Notes under the pieces: generated by a model
What the model was told of the DNA's origin: nothing
Database searches by the model: none
The model's input: only the letters and a program-made list of their open reading frames with translations
Made by a program: the position numbers and the translations under genes
Shown: piece after piece, positions 1 through 9,573 of the stretch
Numbering within the stretch: position 1 is the stretch's first letter
Layout of the letters: each line of letters opens with the position of its first letter
NCBI GenBank assembly: GCA_963708135.1
Contig: OY970192.1
Coordinates: 4,928,001-4,992,000, forward strand
Length of the DNA stretch: 64,000 nucleotides
DNA from: an uncultured Gemmatimonadales bacterium
GTDB lineage: Bacteria > Gemmatimonadota > Gemmatimonadetes > Longimicrobiales > RSA9
Direction of reading: 5' to 3'

Positions 1-264
1 GACGGCTTCAGCTGTCGCGAGCAGATCGCGCAGGGCACGGAGCGCCGGGCCATGCACCTGGCGGAGGTGATCCGGATGGCCCAGCGCGCCGGCCCGTCGG
101 CGCGCGGGCGGCGGCCGGAGGAGGAAGGGCGTCGGCTCGTCCCCGGCGAGCTGGCGCGCCCGACGTCACCGCTGCGCGGCGCGGCCGTGCTGGCCGGCCT
201 GCTCGCCGTGGGCGGCGCGGCGGTGGCGGGCACGGCGGCGGCGCTGCGGGCGAGGCGGCACTGA
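1..264 (+). CDS. 3' end of FAD-binding/(Fe-S)-binding oxidoreductase (GlcD/YdiJ-like, CCG domain), partial
   Basis: Frame 1 from base 1 reads [23 protein letters not shown], the typical C-terminal CCG-domain motif; stop TGA overlaps the next ATG. Confidence 0.7.
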   Translation, partial: DGFSCREQIAQGTERRAMHLAEVIRMAQRAGPSARGRRPEEEGRRLVPGELARPTSPLRGAAVLAGLLAVGGAAVAGTAAALRARRH

Positions 265-1514
265 TGAAAGGACGCGGTGGAATGACGAAGTCGACGGAGC
301 CCCGGACATACGGCGCCACGCCCGCGAGGGATGGCCCTCAGCCGAGCCACGGCGACCGCGGCGCCACGATCCTCGGGCCCCGGAACCTGCCGGTCGAGCG
401 CGAGAACCCGAGTCTCTTCGCCTCGCCGTACACGGATTCGGGGACCCTCCCGAACATGAAGTTCCCGTTCTCGGCCGCGCGCACGCGGCTGGCCACGGGA
501 GGGTGGGGTCGGGAGGTGACGACGCGCGAGCTGCCGGTGGCAAAGACGCTCGCGGGCGTGAACATGCGGCTCGACCCGGGCGGCATCCGGGAGCTGCACT
601 GGCACAAGCAGGCGGAGTGGGCGTTCATGCTGGCGGGTCGGGCCCGCATCACGGCCGTCGATCCCGAGGGCCGGAACTTCATCGATGACGTCGGCCCGGG
701 CGACCTGTGGAACTTCCCCGCGGGCATTCCCCACTCGATCCAGGGGCTCGAGGAGGGCTGCGAGTTCCTGCTGGTCTTCGATGACGGCGACTTCTCGGAG
801 AACGAGACCTTCCAGGTCTCGGACTGGTTCAAGCACACGCCGGTGGAGGTCCTGGCCAGGAACTTCGGCGTGCCGGAGTCCGCCTTCGCCGACCTGCCGG
901 AGGACCTCGGCCACACGCGCTGGATCTTCGCGGGCAAGGTGCCGCCGCCGCTCGAGGAGGACGCGGTCGAGGCGCCGGCCGGGCGGGTGCCGATCACGTT
1001 CAGCCACCACCTGCTCGCGCAGCAGCCGATCGAGGCGCCGGGCGGCCGGGTGCGGATCGCGGACTCGTCCAACTTCCCGGCCGCGCGGACGGTCGCCGCG
1101 GCGCTCGTCGAGGTGGACCCCGGCGGCATGAGGGAGATGCACTGGCACCCGAACCAGGACGAGTGGCAGTACTACATCAGCGGGCGCGCCCGCATGACCG
1201 TGTTCGCCTCGTCCGAGAAGGCACGCACCTTCGACTACCAGGCGGGCGACGTCGGCTACGTGCCCTTCGCCATGGGCCACTATATCGAGAACGTGGGCGA
1301 TGAGACGCTGCGCTTCCTCGAGTTGTTCAGGAGCGACCACTACGCGGACATGTCGCTCAACCAGTGGATGGCGCTCACGCCGCCCGAGCTCGTGAAGCAC
1401 CACCTGAATCTCGACGACCGCACGATCGCGGCGCTGAAGAAGGAGAAGCCGGTGGTCGTCGCCTCGACGCGCCCGGCCGCGCGGGAGAGTCAGGTCCCCA
1501 CAGGTCGGTCGTAG
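264..1514 (+). CDS. oxdC: Oxalate decarboxylase family bicupin (start may be 282)
   Basis: Two cupin Mn-binding motifs ([23 protein letters not shown]) and the lid FSENET. Confidence 0.9.
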   Translation: MKGRGGMTKSTEPRTYGATPARDGPQPSHGDRGATILGPRNLPVERENPSLFASPYTDSGTLPNMKFPFSAARTRLATGGWGREVTTRELPVAKTLAGVNMRLDPGGIRELHWHKQAEWAFMLAGRARITAVDPEGRNFIDDVGPGDLWNFPAGIPHSIQGLEEGCEFLLVFDDGDFSENETFQVSDWFKHTPVEVLARNFGVPESAFADLPEDLGHTRWIFAGKVPPPLEEDAVEAPAGRVPITFSHHLLAQQPIEAPGGRVRIADSSNFPAARTVAAALVEVDPGGMREMHWHPNQDEWQYYISGRARMTVFASSEKARTFDYQAGDVGYVPFAMGHYIENVGDETLRFLELFRSDHYADMSLNQWMALTPPELVKHHLNLDDRTIAALKKEKPVVVASTRPAARESQVPTGRS

Positions 1515-1730
1515 AATCGACGCCTGGGGAGTTCACGGCGGCCGTACGCGGCGGAGGCGCACGCGGCGGCCGCCGCACCGCCGGTTTCCGGTCAAACCAG
1601 AAACCGGCTGGAACCCGAAGCCCTTGCGCCCGGCGGCCGCCGGCGCGATCCTGCCGCGGCACTTCGGGGACTTCACCTCACAGATCGGGCTGTGCATCCT
1701 CGCTCGCGGCCGCCAACGGCCGGGGGTTTC

Positions 1731-3239
1731 ATGCGCGTTGTGTTCGCCGGTTCCCTCCCCACCCCGCTCGCGCGGGGCGGTTTCCTCGTCGCCCTGGCCG
1801 GATGCCTGGCCGCGGCCGCGAGCCCCGCTGCACGGCCGGCCGGAGGCGCGCGGGCGGGCCCGGCGGCGGCGTCGCCCGCCACGGACACGTCCCTGGCCCC
1901 GTCCCGCGACACGCTGCGCCAGCCGCCAACCCTGCGCAATCTCTCCCACGTGCCCGGCCTGGTGGAGGTCGAGCTCACCGCCGCGCCCGCGCGGCTCCGG
2001 CTGCGGCCGGGCGGGCCGGCCGTGGAGGCGTTCGCCTACAACGGCACGGTGCCGGGGCCGACGCTGGATGTGCGCGAGGGCGACAGCGTCATCATCCACT
2101 TCCACAACGGGCTCGCCGAGCCGACCACGGTGCACTGGCACGGCCTGCACCTGCCGGCCGGCGTCGATGGCAGCCCGCTCGATCCGGTCGAGCCCGGGCA
2201 GGACCACGTCTACGCGTTCCGCATCCCGGCGGGCGAGGCGGGCACGTACTGGTACCATCCGCACCCGGACCGACGTACGACCCGCCAGGTGGGCATGGGC
2301 CTCTTCGGCGGGATCATCATCCGCGCCGCGGATGACCCGCTGGCCGCGCGGCACATCCCCGAGAAGCTGCTGATCCTCTCCGACGACCGGTTCGCGCCGG
2401 ACGGCTCGGTCGCGTTCCCGGATTCGACCTCGATCCAGGCGGACATCGACTTCGAGAACGGGCGGGAAGGCAACGTCCTGTTCGTGAACGGCCAGGTCAT
2501 GCCGACGCTCGCGCTGCGGCCGGGCCAGCTCGAGCGGTGGCGGATCGTGAACGCGTCGGCGGCCCGCGTCTACCGGCTGGCGCTCGCGGGCCAGCCGCTC
2601 ATCGACGTCGGCAGCGACGGCGGGCTGTTCGCGCGCCCGGTCGAGGTGCCGGAGATCGTCCTGCCCAACAGCGGCCGCGTCGAGGTGCTCGTCCGGGGCG
2701 GCGCCGCGGGCGGCGGGGCGACGACCCTCCAGGACCTGCCCTACGACCGCTACATGCCCCAGACGCGGCCGGCGGACTGGGACAGCACGCGCACCCTGCT
2801 CTCCCTCCGTACGCTCGCCGGGCCGCCCGCCGAGCCGGTCGCGCTGCCGGCGGTGCTGCGGCGCATCCCGGCGATCGACACCACGCACGTGGCCGCGCGG
2901 CGGACGATCGTCATGTCGCAGGGGCTCATGGACGGCAAGCGGATGGACATGAAGCGGGTGGACATCAGCGCCCGCCTGGGCTCGACCGAGATCTGGGAGG
3001 TGCAGAACGTGGTCGGCATGGACCACCCGTTCCACCTGCACGGGTTCCACTTCCAGGTGCTCGACCGGGACGGTGTGCCTGAGCCGTTCCGGAGCTGGAT
3101 CGACACGGTCAACGTGCCGAAGCACTCCGCCGTGCGGATCGTCGTGCGGTTCGACGACTTCCCCGGCCGCTGGATGTACCACTGCCACATCCTGGACCAC
3201 GAGGACGCCGGGATGATGGGTGTGCTCCTAGTCAACTGA
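1731..3239 (+). CDS. Multicopper oxidase (CueO/laccase-like), secreted
   Basis: All four Cu motifs present: HWHG, YWYHPH, HPFHLHG, HCHILDHEDAGM; hydrophobic N-terminus. Confidence 0.9.
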   Translation: MRVVFAGSLPTPLARGGFLVALAGCLAAAASPAARPAGGARAGPAAASPATDTSLAPSRDTLRQPPTLRNLSHVPGLVEVELTAAPARLRLRPGGPAVEAFAYNGTVPGPTLDVREGDSVIIHFHNGLAEPTTVHWHGLHLPAGVDGSPLDPVEPGQDHVYAFRIPAGEAGTYWYHPHPDRRTTRQVGMGLFGGIIIRAADDPLAARHIPEKLLILSDDRFAPDGSVAFPDSTSIQADIDFENGREGNVLFVNGQVMPTLALRPGQLERWRIVNASAARVYRLALAGQPLIDVGSDGGLFARPVEVPEIVLPNSGRVEVLVRGGAAGGGATTLQDLPYDRYMPQTRPADWDSTRTLLSLRTLAGPPAEPVALPAVLRRIPAIDTTHVAARRTIVMSQGLMDGKRMDMKRVDISARLGSTEIWEVQNVVGMDHPFHLHGFHFQVLDRDGVPEPFRSWIDTVNVPKHSAVRIVVRFDDFPGRWMYHCHILDHEDAGMMGVLLVN

Positions 3240-3248
3240 GGAGGGCGT

Positions 3249-3995
3249 ATGGCCGGTCGTCGGAAGTGGTCGGTCGCGGCGCTGGTGTCGTTCGCCGCGC
3301 TCACGGTGCTGGCGTTCGCGGGCGCGCGGGCGGGCGGTCCGGGACGAGGCTCGGCCGCGGCGGCGATCGCCCCGGCGGCGGAGCGCGGCGGGAGGGCGGA
3401 CGTGGCGCCTCCGGACCCGGTGCAGCGGGGGCGCTGGATCGTGGTCTCGCACGACTGTGGCGGGTGCCACGGTGGCGACGGGAATCCCAGCGCGCCCGGT
3501 TGGCTGGCGGGGGAGATGCGCCCGGAGCAGCAGTTCCTGATCGGGCCGTGCTACCTCAAGCCGGGCGCCCAGCCGTGCTTCCATACCCACCCGCGCAACC
3601 TGACGCCGGACAACGAGACGGGGCTCGGCCGCTTCACCGAGCGCCAGATCTTCAACGCGCTCCGCTTCGGCCTGCGCCCCGAGGAGACCCCGGATGTCAC
3701 CATCACCTCGATGACGCCGGGGCAGGGCAACTTCCCGCTGCACCCGCGCTACCTGGCCGTTCCGATGCCGTGGCCGACGTGGCGGCACATGCCCGACGCG
3801 GACCTGTGGGCGATCGCGGCCTACCTGAAGCGCGGCCTCAAGCCGGTGCACAACAAGGTGCCCGAGAGCGAGGGCCCGCCCGACTTCTGGGCGAGCGCGT
3901 ACACGGTGGACAAGATCGGGCCCTACCCGCTGCCGCCGTTCCCGACCGCCAACGAGGTGGGCGCGGCCGTGAAGGCGGCGTCGGGCGGGCGATGA
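3249..3995 (+). CDS. Exported monoheme c-type cytochrome
   Basis: Signal peptide, CGGCH heme motif, NLTPD and PMPW motifs; GAGG RBS, start 9 nt after the MCO stop. Confidence 0.8.
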   Translation: MAGRRKWSVAALVSFAALTVLAFAGARAGGPGRGSAAAAIAPAAERGGRADVAPPDPVQRGRWIVVSHDCGGCHGGDGNPSAPGWLAGEMRPEQQFLIGPCYLKPGAQPCFHTHPRNLTPDNETGLGRFTERQIFNALRFGLRPEETPDVTITSMTPGQGNFPLHPRYLAVPMPWPTWRHMPDADLWAIAAYLKRGLKPVHNKVPESEGPPDFWASAYTVDKIGPYPLPPFPTANEVGAAVKAASGGR

Positions 3996-4066
3996 GACGG
4001 GGCCCGGGGATGGGCTGGTAAAGACTCGCGACGACGCCGGCGGACGCGGGGCCGTCCCGTCCGGTG

Positions 4067-4105
4067 ACGCCGGCGCCCGGGGCGATCCGCTCCGGGCGCC
4101 GGCGT
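4067..4105. terminator. GC-rich hairpin between convergent genes, possible bidirectional terminator
   Basis: ACGCCGGCGCCCGG (4067-4080) pairs perfectly with CCGGGCGCCGGCGT (4092-4105); no U-tract. Confidence 0.45.
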
Positions 4106-4108
4106 GCG

Positions 4109-4606
4109 TCAGCCGGCCGCGTGTCCGGTCGCGCCGCGGGCCATGCTCTCCGGCATCCGCACGGCGACGACGCGGCCGCGGGCGCACTCGGCGCCGCCGG
4201 CCCCGACGGAGACCTCCACCACCACCTTCCGCTCCTTCACCTCGACGGGCAGGGCGCGCGCGATGAGCTCGACGCCCGCCGGCGTCGGCTTCAGGAAATC
4301 GACCGTGAGCGACGCCGTGACGAAACGCGGCGAGGGGTCCGCGCCCGGCCGGAGGCCGGCGGCACGCATGGCGGCGGCCGCCGCGGCGCCGATGCCGTGG
4401 CAGTCGATGAGCGACGCGATCAGGCCGCCGTAGACGAACCCCGGCAGGGCGAGATGGTACGGTCTCGGCTCGAGGCGCGCGACGCCCTCGCCGGCCTGCC
4501 AGAACGTCCGGATGTGGAGCCCCTCCGGGTTCAGCCGCCCGCAGCCGTAGCAGTGGGCGAAGTCGTCGGGGTAGAGGTCCTGGATGGCCTTCGGGTTGGC
4601 GTCCAT
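4109..4606 (-). CDS. PaaI/hotdog-fold thioesterase
   Basis: HCYGCG, GFVYGGLIASLIDCH, TASLTVDFLKPTP; ATG at 4606 inside the longer track ORF. Confidence 0.85.
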   Translation of the reverse strand: MDANPKAIQDLYPDDFAHCYGCGRLNPEGLHIRTFWQAGEGVARLEPRPYHLALPGFVYGGLIASLIDCHGIGAAAAAAMRAAGLRPGADPSPRFVTASLTVDFLKPTPAGVELIARALPVEVKERKVVVEVSVGAGGAECARGRVVAVRMPESMARGATGHAAG

Positions 4607-4924
4607 GGCGGGAAGGTGAGGGTGAGCGGCCGTCTCCGGCAAGGCCCCGGGCGTGCTCTGCCGGAGAGTGGGATAGAGGGAGAGTGGGAGACGGGGCGAC
4701 CTCCGCGGGGGAGGACCGCGGCCGGGCCAGTTGCGGGACCGGGCGGACGCACCTCCATCCGGCGTCCGCGCGATCCCGCCCATCCCGCACGCGGCCCGGC
4801 GCGGCCCGCCGCCGCGCGGCTCGCGGCGCGGCGGGCGCGGCATTACCGTGGACCCCGAACGGGGGCGGGCGCGGCGGCCGGGTGGCCGCGGCGCGGAGCT
4901 CCCCGCCGGGGGCAGCGGGGGCGT

Positions 4925-5431
4925 ATGGCGATCCGGGTGTTCGCGACGGGCGGCACGTTCGACAAGGAATACGACGAGCTGGGGGGCCGGCTGGTCTTCA
5001 ACGAGACGAACGTGCCGGAGATGCTGAGGCTGGGCCGGTGTCGGCTGGAGGTCTCGGTGCGCACGCTCATGATGGTGGACAGCCTGGAGATGACGGACGA
5101 GGACCGCGCCACCATCGTGGACCACTGCCGGCGGTGCGCGGAGACGCAGATCGTCATCACGCACGGCACGGACACCATCGTCGAGACGGCGCGGGCGCTG
5201 GCGGCGGCCGTGGCGGAGAAGACGATCGTGCTCACGGGCGCGATGGTGCCGTACGCCTTCGGCAGCTCGGACGGGCTGTTCAACCTGGGCAGCGCGCTGT
5301 CGTTCGCGCAGGTGCTGCCGGCGGGCGTGTACGTGGCAATGAACGGGCACTGGTTCCCGTGGGATGACGTCCGGAAGAACCGCGACATCGGCATCTTCGA
5401 GCGGGTCTCCGGCGCGGAGCGCGGGCGGTGA
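4925..5431 (+). CDS. Short asparaginase-domain protein (N-terminal domain only)
   Basis: ATGGT and THGTDT motifs, VLTGAM; 168 aa. Confidence 0.85.
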   Translation: MAIRVFATGGTFDKEYDELGGRLVFNETNVPEMLRLGRCRLEVSVRTLMMVDSLEMTDEDRATIVDHCRRCAETQIVITHGTDTIVETARALAAAVAEKTIVLTGAMVPYAFGSSDGLFNLGSALSFAQVLPAGVYVAMNGHWFPWDDVRKNRDIGIFERVSGAERGR

Positions 5432-5544
5432 GGCGTCCGGCCGAGGGAGGTGCCGGCGCCGATCCGCCCCTTGCCAGACGGCGACGCCGAGACGAACTTT
5501 CACGCGAGAAGTAGCGTCATCCAGGCGGCTTCCCCGAGAACAGC

Positions 5545-6798
5545 ATGAACCGCGCAGCGCCGCGCGTCGCGAGCCGATTCGCGCCGCGTGCCCTCGTCCT
5601 CCTGGCGATGGCTGCCACCGCTCTGGTCCGGCCCGTGTCCGCCCGGCCGCTCGTGCGTGCCGCGGCGCGCGCCGTTGGGACGCGGGGTCTCAACGCCGCT
5701 CGCCTCGCGCGCATCGATTCGATCATCGAGGCGGCCATCCGGGACGGGGCGACGCCGGGCGCGGCGATCGCGATCGGGCGCCGATCGGGAATCGTGCGCC
5801 TGCAGGGATACGGGCGGATCGACTGGGCCGACGACGCCGCCGCCGTGACGGACTCGACGCTGTACGACCTGGCGTCGCTCACGAAGGTGGTGGGCACGAC
5901 CACGGCGGCGATGATGCTGGTGCAGCAGAAGCGGCTCCTGCTGGATGCGCCGCTCCGGCGCTATCTGCCGCAGTGGCCGCGCACCGGATCCCGTTCCCGC
6001 ATCACGATCCGCCAGCTGCTCATGCACACCTCGGGGCTGCCCGCGGGAGCGGACCTGTGGTGGGTGCCCGGGAGCCGCGCGGAGCGGGTGCGCTGGATCG
6101 CGACCCGGCCGCTGGTCTCGCGGCCGGGGACGCGCACGCTCTACAGCGACCTGGGGATGATCGTGCTCGGCGCGGCCATCGAGCACATGACCCACGAGCG
6201 GCTCGATGCGTTCCTCGACACGCGCGTCTACCGGCCGCTGGGGATGAGGGACACCCGGTTCAACCCCCTCGCGCCGCTCGACAGCTCGCCGTTCAACCTC
6301 GCCCGCATCGCGCCGACCGAGCTCGATCAGGACATCCGCCACACCCACCTGCACGGGGAGGTCCAGGACCTCAATGCGGCCGCGCTGGAGGGGGTGGCCG
6401 GACACGCCGGGCTCTTCTCGTCCGCCCGCGACCTGGGCCGCTTCGCGCTCGAGATGCTGCGCGGCGCGAGCGGCCGCGACACCGAGCTGCTGCGGCCGAG
6501 CACCGTGCGGCGCTTTCTCGCCCACGCCGACTCGCGGCGGCCGCTCGGCTGGGACGCGCCGCGCACAGCCGCGGACTTCTCCCGCAGGGCGTTCGGCCAC
6601 ACCGGCTTCACGGGCACCAGCATCTGGATCGACCCCGACCGCAATGTCTTCGTCGTGCTGCTCACCAACCGCGTCGACCCCACCGCCGCCAACACCAGGC
6701 ACCTCGCCCTTCGCCGCGCGATCAGCCAGGAAATCCGCCTGGCGGCCGATGAAGGCGCGGCCGCGTCCGCCGCGGCCGCCAGCCACGGATCCCGCTGA
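5545..6798 (+). CDS. Serine hydrolase, beta-lactamase/AmpC-like family, secreted
   Basis: SxxK (ASLTK), LLMHTSG, YSD, GHTGFTG. Confidence 0.85.
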   Translation: MNRAAPRVASRFAPRALVLLAMAATALVRPVSARPLVRAAARAVGTRGLNAARLARIDSIIEAAIRDGATPGAAIAIGRRSGIVRLQGYGRIDWADDAAAVTDSTLYDLASLTKVVGTTTAAMMLVQQKRLLLDAPLRRYLPQWPRTGSRSRITIRQLLMHTSGLPAGADLWWVPGSRAERVRWIATRPLVSRPGTRTLYSDLGMIVLGAAIEHMTHERLDAFLDTRVYRPLGMRDTRFNPLAPLDSSPFNLARIAPTELDQDIRHTHLHGEVQDLNAAALEGVAGHAGLFSSARDLGRFALEMLRGASGRDTELLRPSTVRRFLAHADSRRPLGWDAPRTAADFSRRAFGHTGFTGTSIWIDPDRNVFVVLLTNRVDPTAANTRHLALRRAISQEIRLAADEGAAASAAAASHGSR

Positions 6799-6837
6799 GC
6801 CTCGCCGCGGCCGGGTCTGGCCGGTGGCGCGCCCACG

Positions 6838-7941
6838 TCAGGGCGCGAGCGGCCGCGCGCGGACGGAGTCCCACACGGCCGCGGAGAGCTTGGGGGTGAA
6901 GGCGGTATCGACGATCCCCATGCGGGCGAAGTTGGAGAGGCCGGCGGCGCGCTCGGGCGGCAGGCCGTAGCTCGGGATGTCCAGGTCGGTGTAGAGCAGG
7001 AAGACCCAGGCCTGCGCGTGCACGCCGTCGAGCAGCGCGGCGATGCGGCGGAAGAAGGCAGCCTGCTTCTCGGGCGTGCCGGTGAGCGAGCCGGTCGGCG
7101 CGGAATTCCAGCCGCCCTCGACGAGGAGCAGCGGCTTCGTGGTCGCGGCGGCGAAGCGGGCGAAGAAATCGTCCGGCAGCTGCGCGGGGTCCTGGAGCAC
7201 CGCGCCGGGATAGGTGGAGAGCCCGAGCCCGTCGACGTCGAAGGAGTCGGCCAGCGCGAAGTGGTCGATGCCGCGCGGGATCCCGCCGAGCCCCCAGGCC
7301 TCGTCGGCCTGGAAGGAGACGAAGGTGCGCGTGCCCGGCGACACCGCCTCGATCTGCGGCGCGAGCTCGTTGACCATGGCGCGCACGGCCGCGTAGAGGT
7401 CGGGCGGACCGAGGTCGGCGAGCGTGTTGACCTCGGAGGCCAGGCCGAACCACTCGGGATGGATGCGACGCGCGATCTCGAGCGCCCACTGCTCGTGCAT
7501 CGCGCGGATCTCGGGCTCGCGGATCGAGCGGCCGAGCGCGACCAGCCCCGGGTCCTCCTTGCGCCGGTCGAGGCCGTCCAGCGGGTCGAGCAGGAAGATG
7601 ATCCGGAGGCCAAGCGCCCGCAAAAAGCTCGCGAGCTGCTCCCGCTCGGCGAGCGCCTGCTCCATGGTCTTCGTGCCGCCGAGGAGCTCCGCCCACGGCA
7701 CCGGCTGCTGGATGATCGTCACCTCGGACACGCGGGCGACGGCCTGCGCGGTGCGGATCACCGCCGAGTCGGTCGGCCGCGGCGGCGTGGGCGCGAAGCC
7801 CATCTCGTAGCTGCGCGCGGTCGTCCCCGGTGCGGGGCCGGTCGCGGAATCAGAGCTCCCGGAGCACGCGACGAAGAGCGCGGCGAGCACTGTGGCAGCG
7901 GCGAGCGAGCGCAGGAGCCTGGATCCGGGATGCGGGAGCAA
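6838..7941 (-). CDS. Lipoprotein, possible glycoside-hydrolase-like TIM barrel (start uncertain)
   Basis: Lipobox FVAC; Glu motifs SEVN and LVEGGW spaced as in clan GH-A; coding-type codon bias. Confidence 0.55.
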   Translation of the reverse strand: MLPHPGSRLLRSLAAATVLAALFVACSGSSDSATGPAPGTTARSYEMGFAPTPPRPTDSAVIRTAQAVARVSEVTIIQQPVPWAELLGGTKTMEQALAEREQLASFLRALGLRIIFLLDPLDGLDRRKEDPGLVALGRSIREPEIRAMHEQWALEIARRIHPEWFGLASEVNTLADLGPPDLYAAVRAMVNELAPQIEAVSPGTRTFVSFQADEAWGLGGIPRGIDHFALADSFDVDGLGLSTYPGAVLQDPAQLPDDFFARFAAATTKPLLLVEGGWNSAPTGSLTGTPEKQAAFFRRIAALLDGVHAQAWVFLLYTDLDIPSYGLPPERAAGLSNFARMGIVDTAFTPKLSAAVWDSVRARPLAP

Positions 7942-8119
7942 GGAGACGGACAGCAGGAAGGATGCAGGATTCAGGGGCCACGGGCCAGGATTCAGGACCC
8001 CGAACCCTGGCCATGCGGGGCGCCAGGTGCCCGCCCTGGATCCTTCCGGGCGGAAAGGCGGTTAGAGGGACGGGTGGGGGCGGTTCGGGACCGGGAGGAT
8101 TCTCGCGCACACGGGAGGC

Positions 8120-8833
8120 GTGGTGCCGGTGGGGCTGAGCGAAGCGCTTCAGCACAATCCGCTCGTGGCGGTCGCGGTGCTGTTCGGCGCGGGGGTGCTG
8201 ACCAGCCTGACACCCTGCATCTACCCGATGATCCCGATCACGGCGGGCGTGATCGCCGGGACGTCGGGCGGGGTGGGGGCGGGCCGGAGTCGGCGGCGGA
8301 CGGCCGTGCTGACGTTGGCGTACGTGGTCGGGCTGGCGCTGGTCTATGCCCTGCTCGGGCTGCTGGCCGGGATGAGCGGCTCGCTGTTCGGGTCGGTCGC
8401 GTCCAGCCCGTGGGCGAGGATCGCGGTGGGCAACCTGCTGCTGCTCTTCGGGCTCGCGATGCTGGACGTCTTTCCGCTCGCGCTGCCGGCGCGGGTGGTC
8501 GCGTGGGCGGGGCGGCGGCGGGGCGGCTCCGTGCCGGCCGTGTTCCTGCTCGGGGCGACGTCGGGGGTGGTCGCGGCCCCGTGCGGCGCGCCCGCCTTCG
8601 CAGCCGTGCTGACGTGGGTGGCCACCACCCGCAGCGCGCTGCTCGGGTTCGTCTACCTGTTCGTCTTCTCGCTCGGGATGACGGCGCTGCTCGCGGCGGT
8701 CGGCCTCTTCTCCGGGACGCTGGCCAGCCTGCCGCGCGCGGGGGTGTGGATGCTCTGGAGCAAGCGGGTCGCGGGGATCCTGATCCTGCTCGTCGCCGAG
8801 TACTACTTCATTCAGGCAGGGATGGTGATGTGA
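8120..8833 (+). CDS. ccdA: CcdA/DsbD-beta membrane electron transporter
   Basis: Multiple TM helices with the two redox Cys motifs SLTPCIYP and AAPCGAP. Confidence 0.85.
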   Translation: MVPVGLSEALQHNPLVAVAVLFGAGVLTSLTPCIYPMIPITAGVIAGTSGGVGAGRSRRRTAVLTLAYVVGLALVYALLGLLAGMSGSLFGSVASSPWARIAVGNLLLLFGLAMLDVFPLALPARVVAWAGRRRGGSVPAVFLLGATSGVVAAPCGAPAFAAVLTWVATTRSALLGFVYLFVFSLGMTALLAAVGLFSGTLASLPRAGVWMLWSKRVAGILILLVAEYYFIQAGMVM

Positions 8834-9357
8834 TGTCGAGCCACACCCGCAGGGTCGTTCTCTCCGGCGCGCTCCTCGGCGCCGCGCTGCTTCTCGCTCC
8901 GGGCGCCGCGCGCGCTCAGGACGTCGGGCTCGCGCTCGGCTCGAGGCCGGCGCCCGTGGTGATCCAGGACCTGGCGGGCCGGCCGGCGGACCTGGGCCGG
9001 TGGATCGGCCGCAAGCCGGTGCTGCTCGAGTTCTGGGCGACGTGGTGCCCCCTGTGCCGCGCGCTCGAGCCGCGCCTGGCCGCGGCGCGGAAGGCGTTCG
9101 GCCAGCGGGTCGCCGTCGTCACCGTGGCGGTCGGCGTGAACGAAAGCCCGCGCTCGATCAAGCGCCACCTGGAGGACCACCCGATCGGCGGACCCGTGCT
9201 GTGGGACGGCGACGGCAAGGCGACGAGGGCGTTCGAGGCGCCGTCCACCTCCTACATCGTCGTGCTCGACCGTTCCGGGCGCGTGGTCTACACCGGCGCG
9301 GGGGCGGATCAGGATGTCGAGGCGGCGATCCGGAAGGCCCTTCCGCCCCGCTCCTGA
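8833..9357 (+). CDS. TlpA-family exported thioredoxin
   Basis: TGATG overlap with ccdA; signal peptide; FWATWCPLC. Confidence 0.88.
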   Translation: MSSHTRRVVLSGALLGAALLLAPGAARAQDVGLALGSRPAPVVIQDLAGRPADLGRWIGRKPVLLEFWATWCPLCRALEPRLAAARKAFGQRVAVVTVAVGVNESPRSIKRHLEDHPIGGPVLWDGDGKATRAFEAPSTSYIVVLDRSGRVVYTGAGADQDVEAAIRKALPPRS

Positions 9358-9548
9358 ACGGACGGGCAGGGGAACGGGCAGGGGGACGGGCAGGGGGACG
9401 CGGACGGGCATGTACCGCAGGCAGATACCGCAGGCACGGGCAGGCTCACGGGCAGGCTCGCGGGCAGGCTCGCGGGCAGGCTCACGGGCGGCGGAAGGGG
9501 CGGCGGCGCGGGCACCCGACCATCGGCCCTTGCCGCTGCCCCTGTCCG
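9357..9548. repeat. Intergenic 12-mer tandem repeats
   Basis: ACGGGCAGGGG(G/A) x3, then CGGGCAGGCTC(A/G) x4, then a partly complementary CCCTTGCCGCTGCCCCTGTCC. Confidence 0.75.
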
Positions 9549-9573
9549 GTGCCGCCGACCTTCCCATGGCGTC

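Noticed and set aside
5545..6798. Antibiotic-resistance beta-lactamase
   Set aside because: YSD and HTG motifs fit the broad esterase/amidase branch; resistance cannot be inferred.
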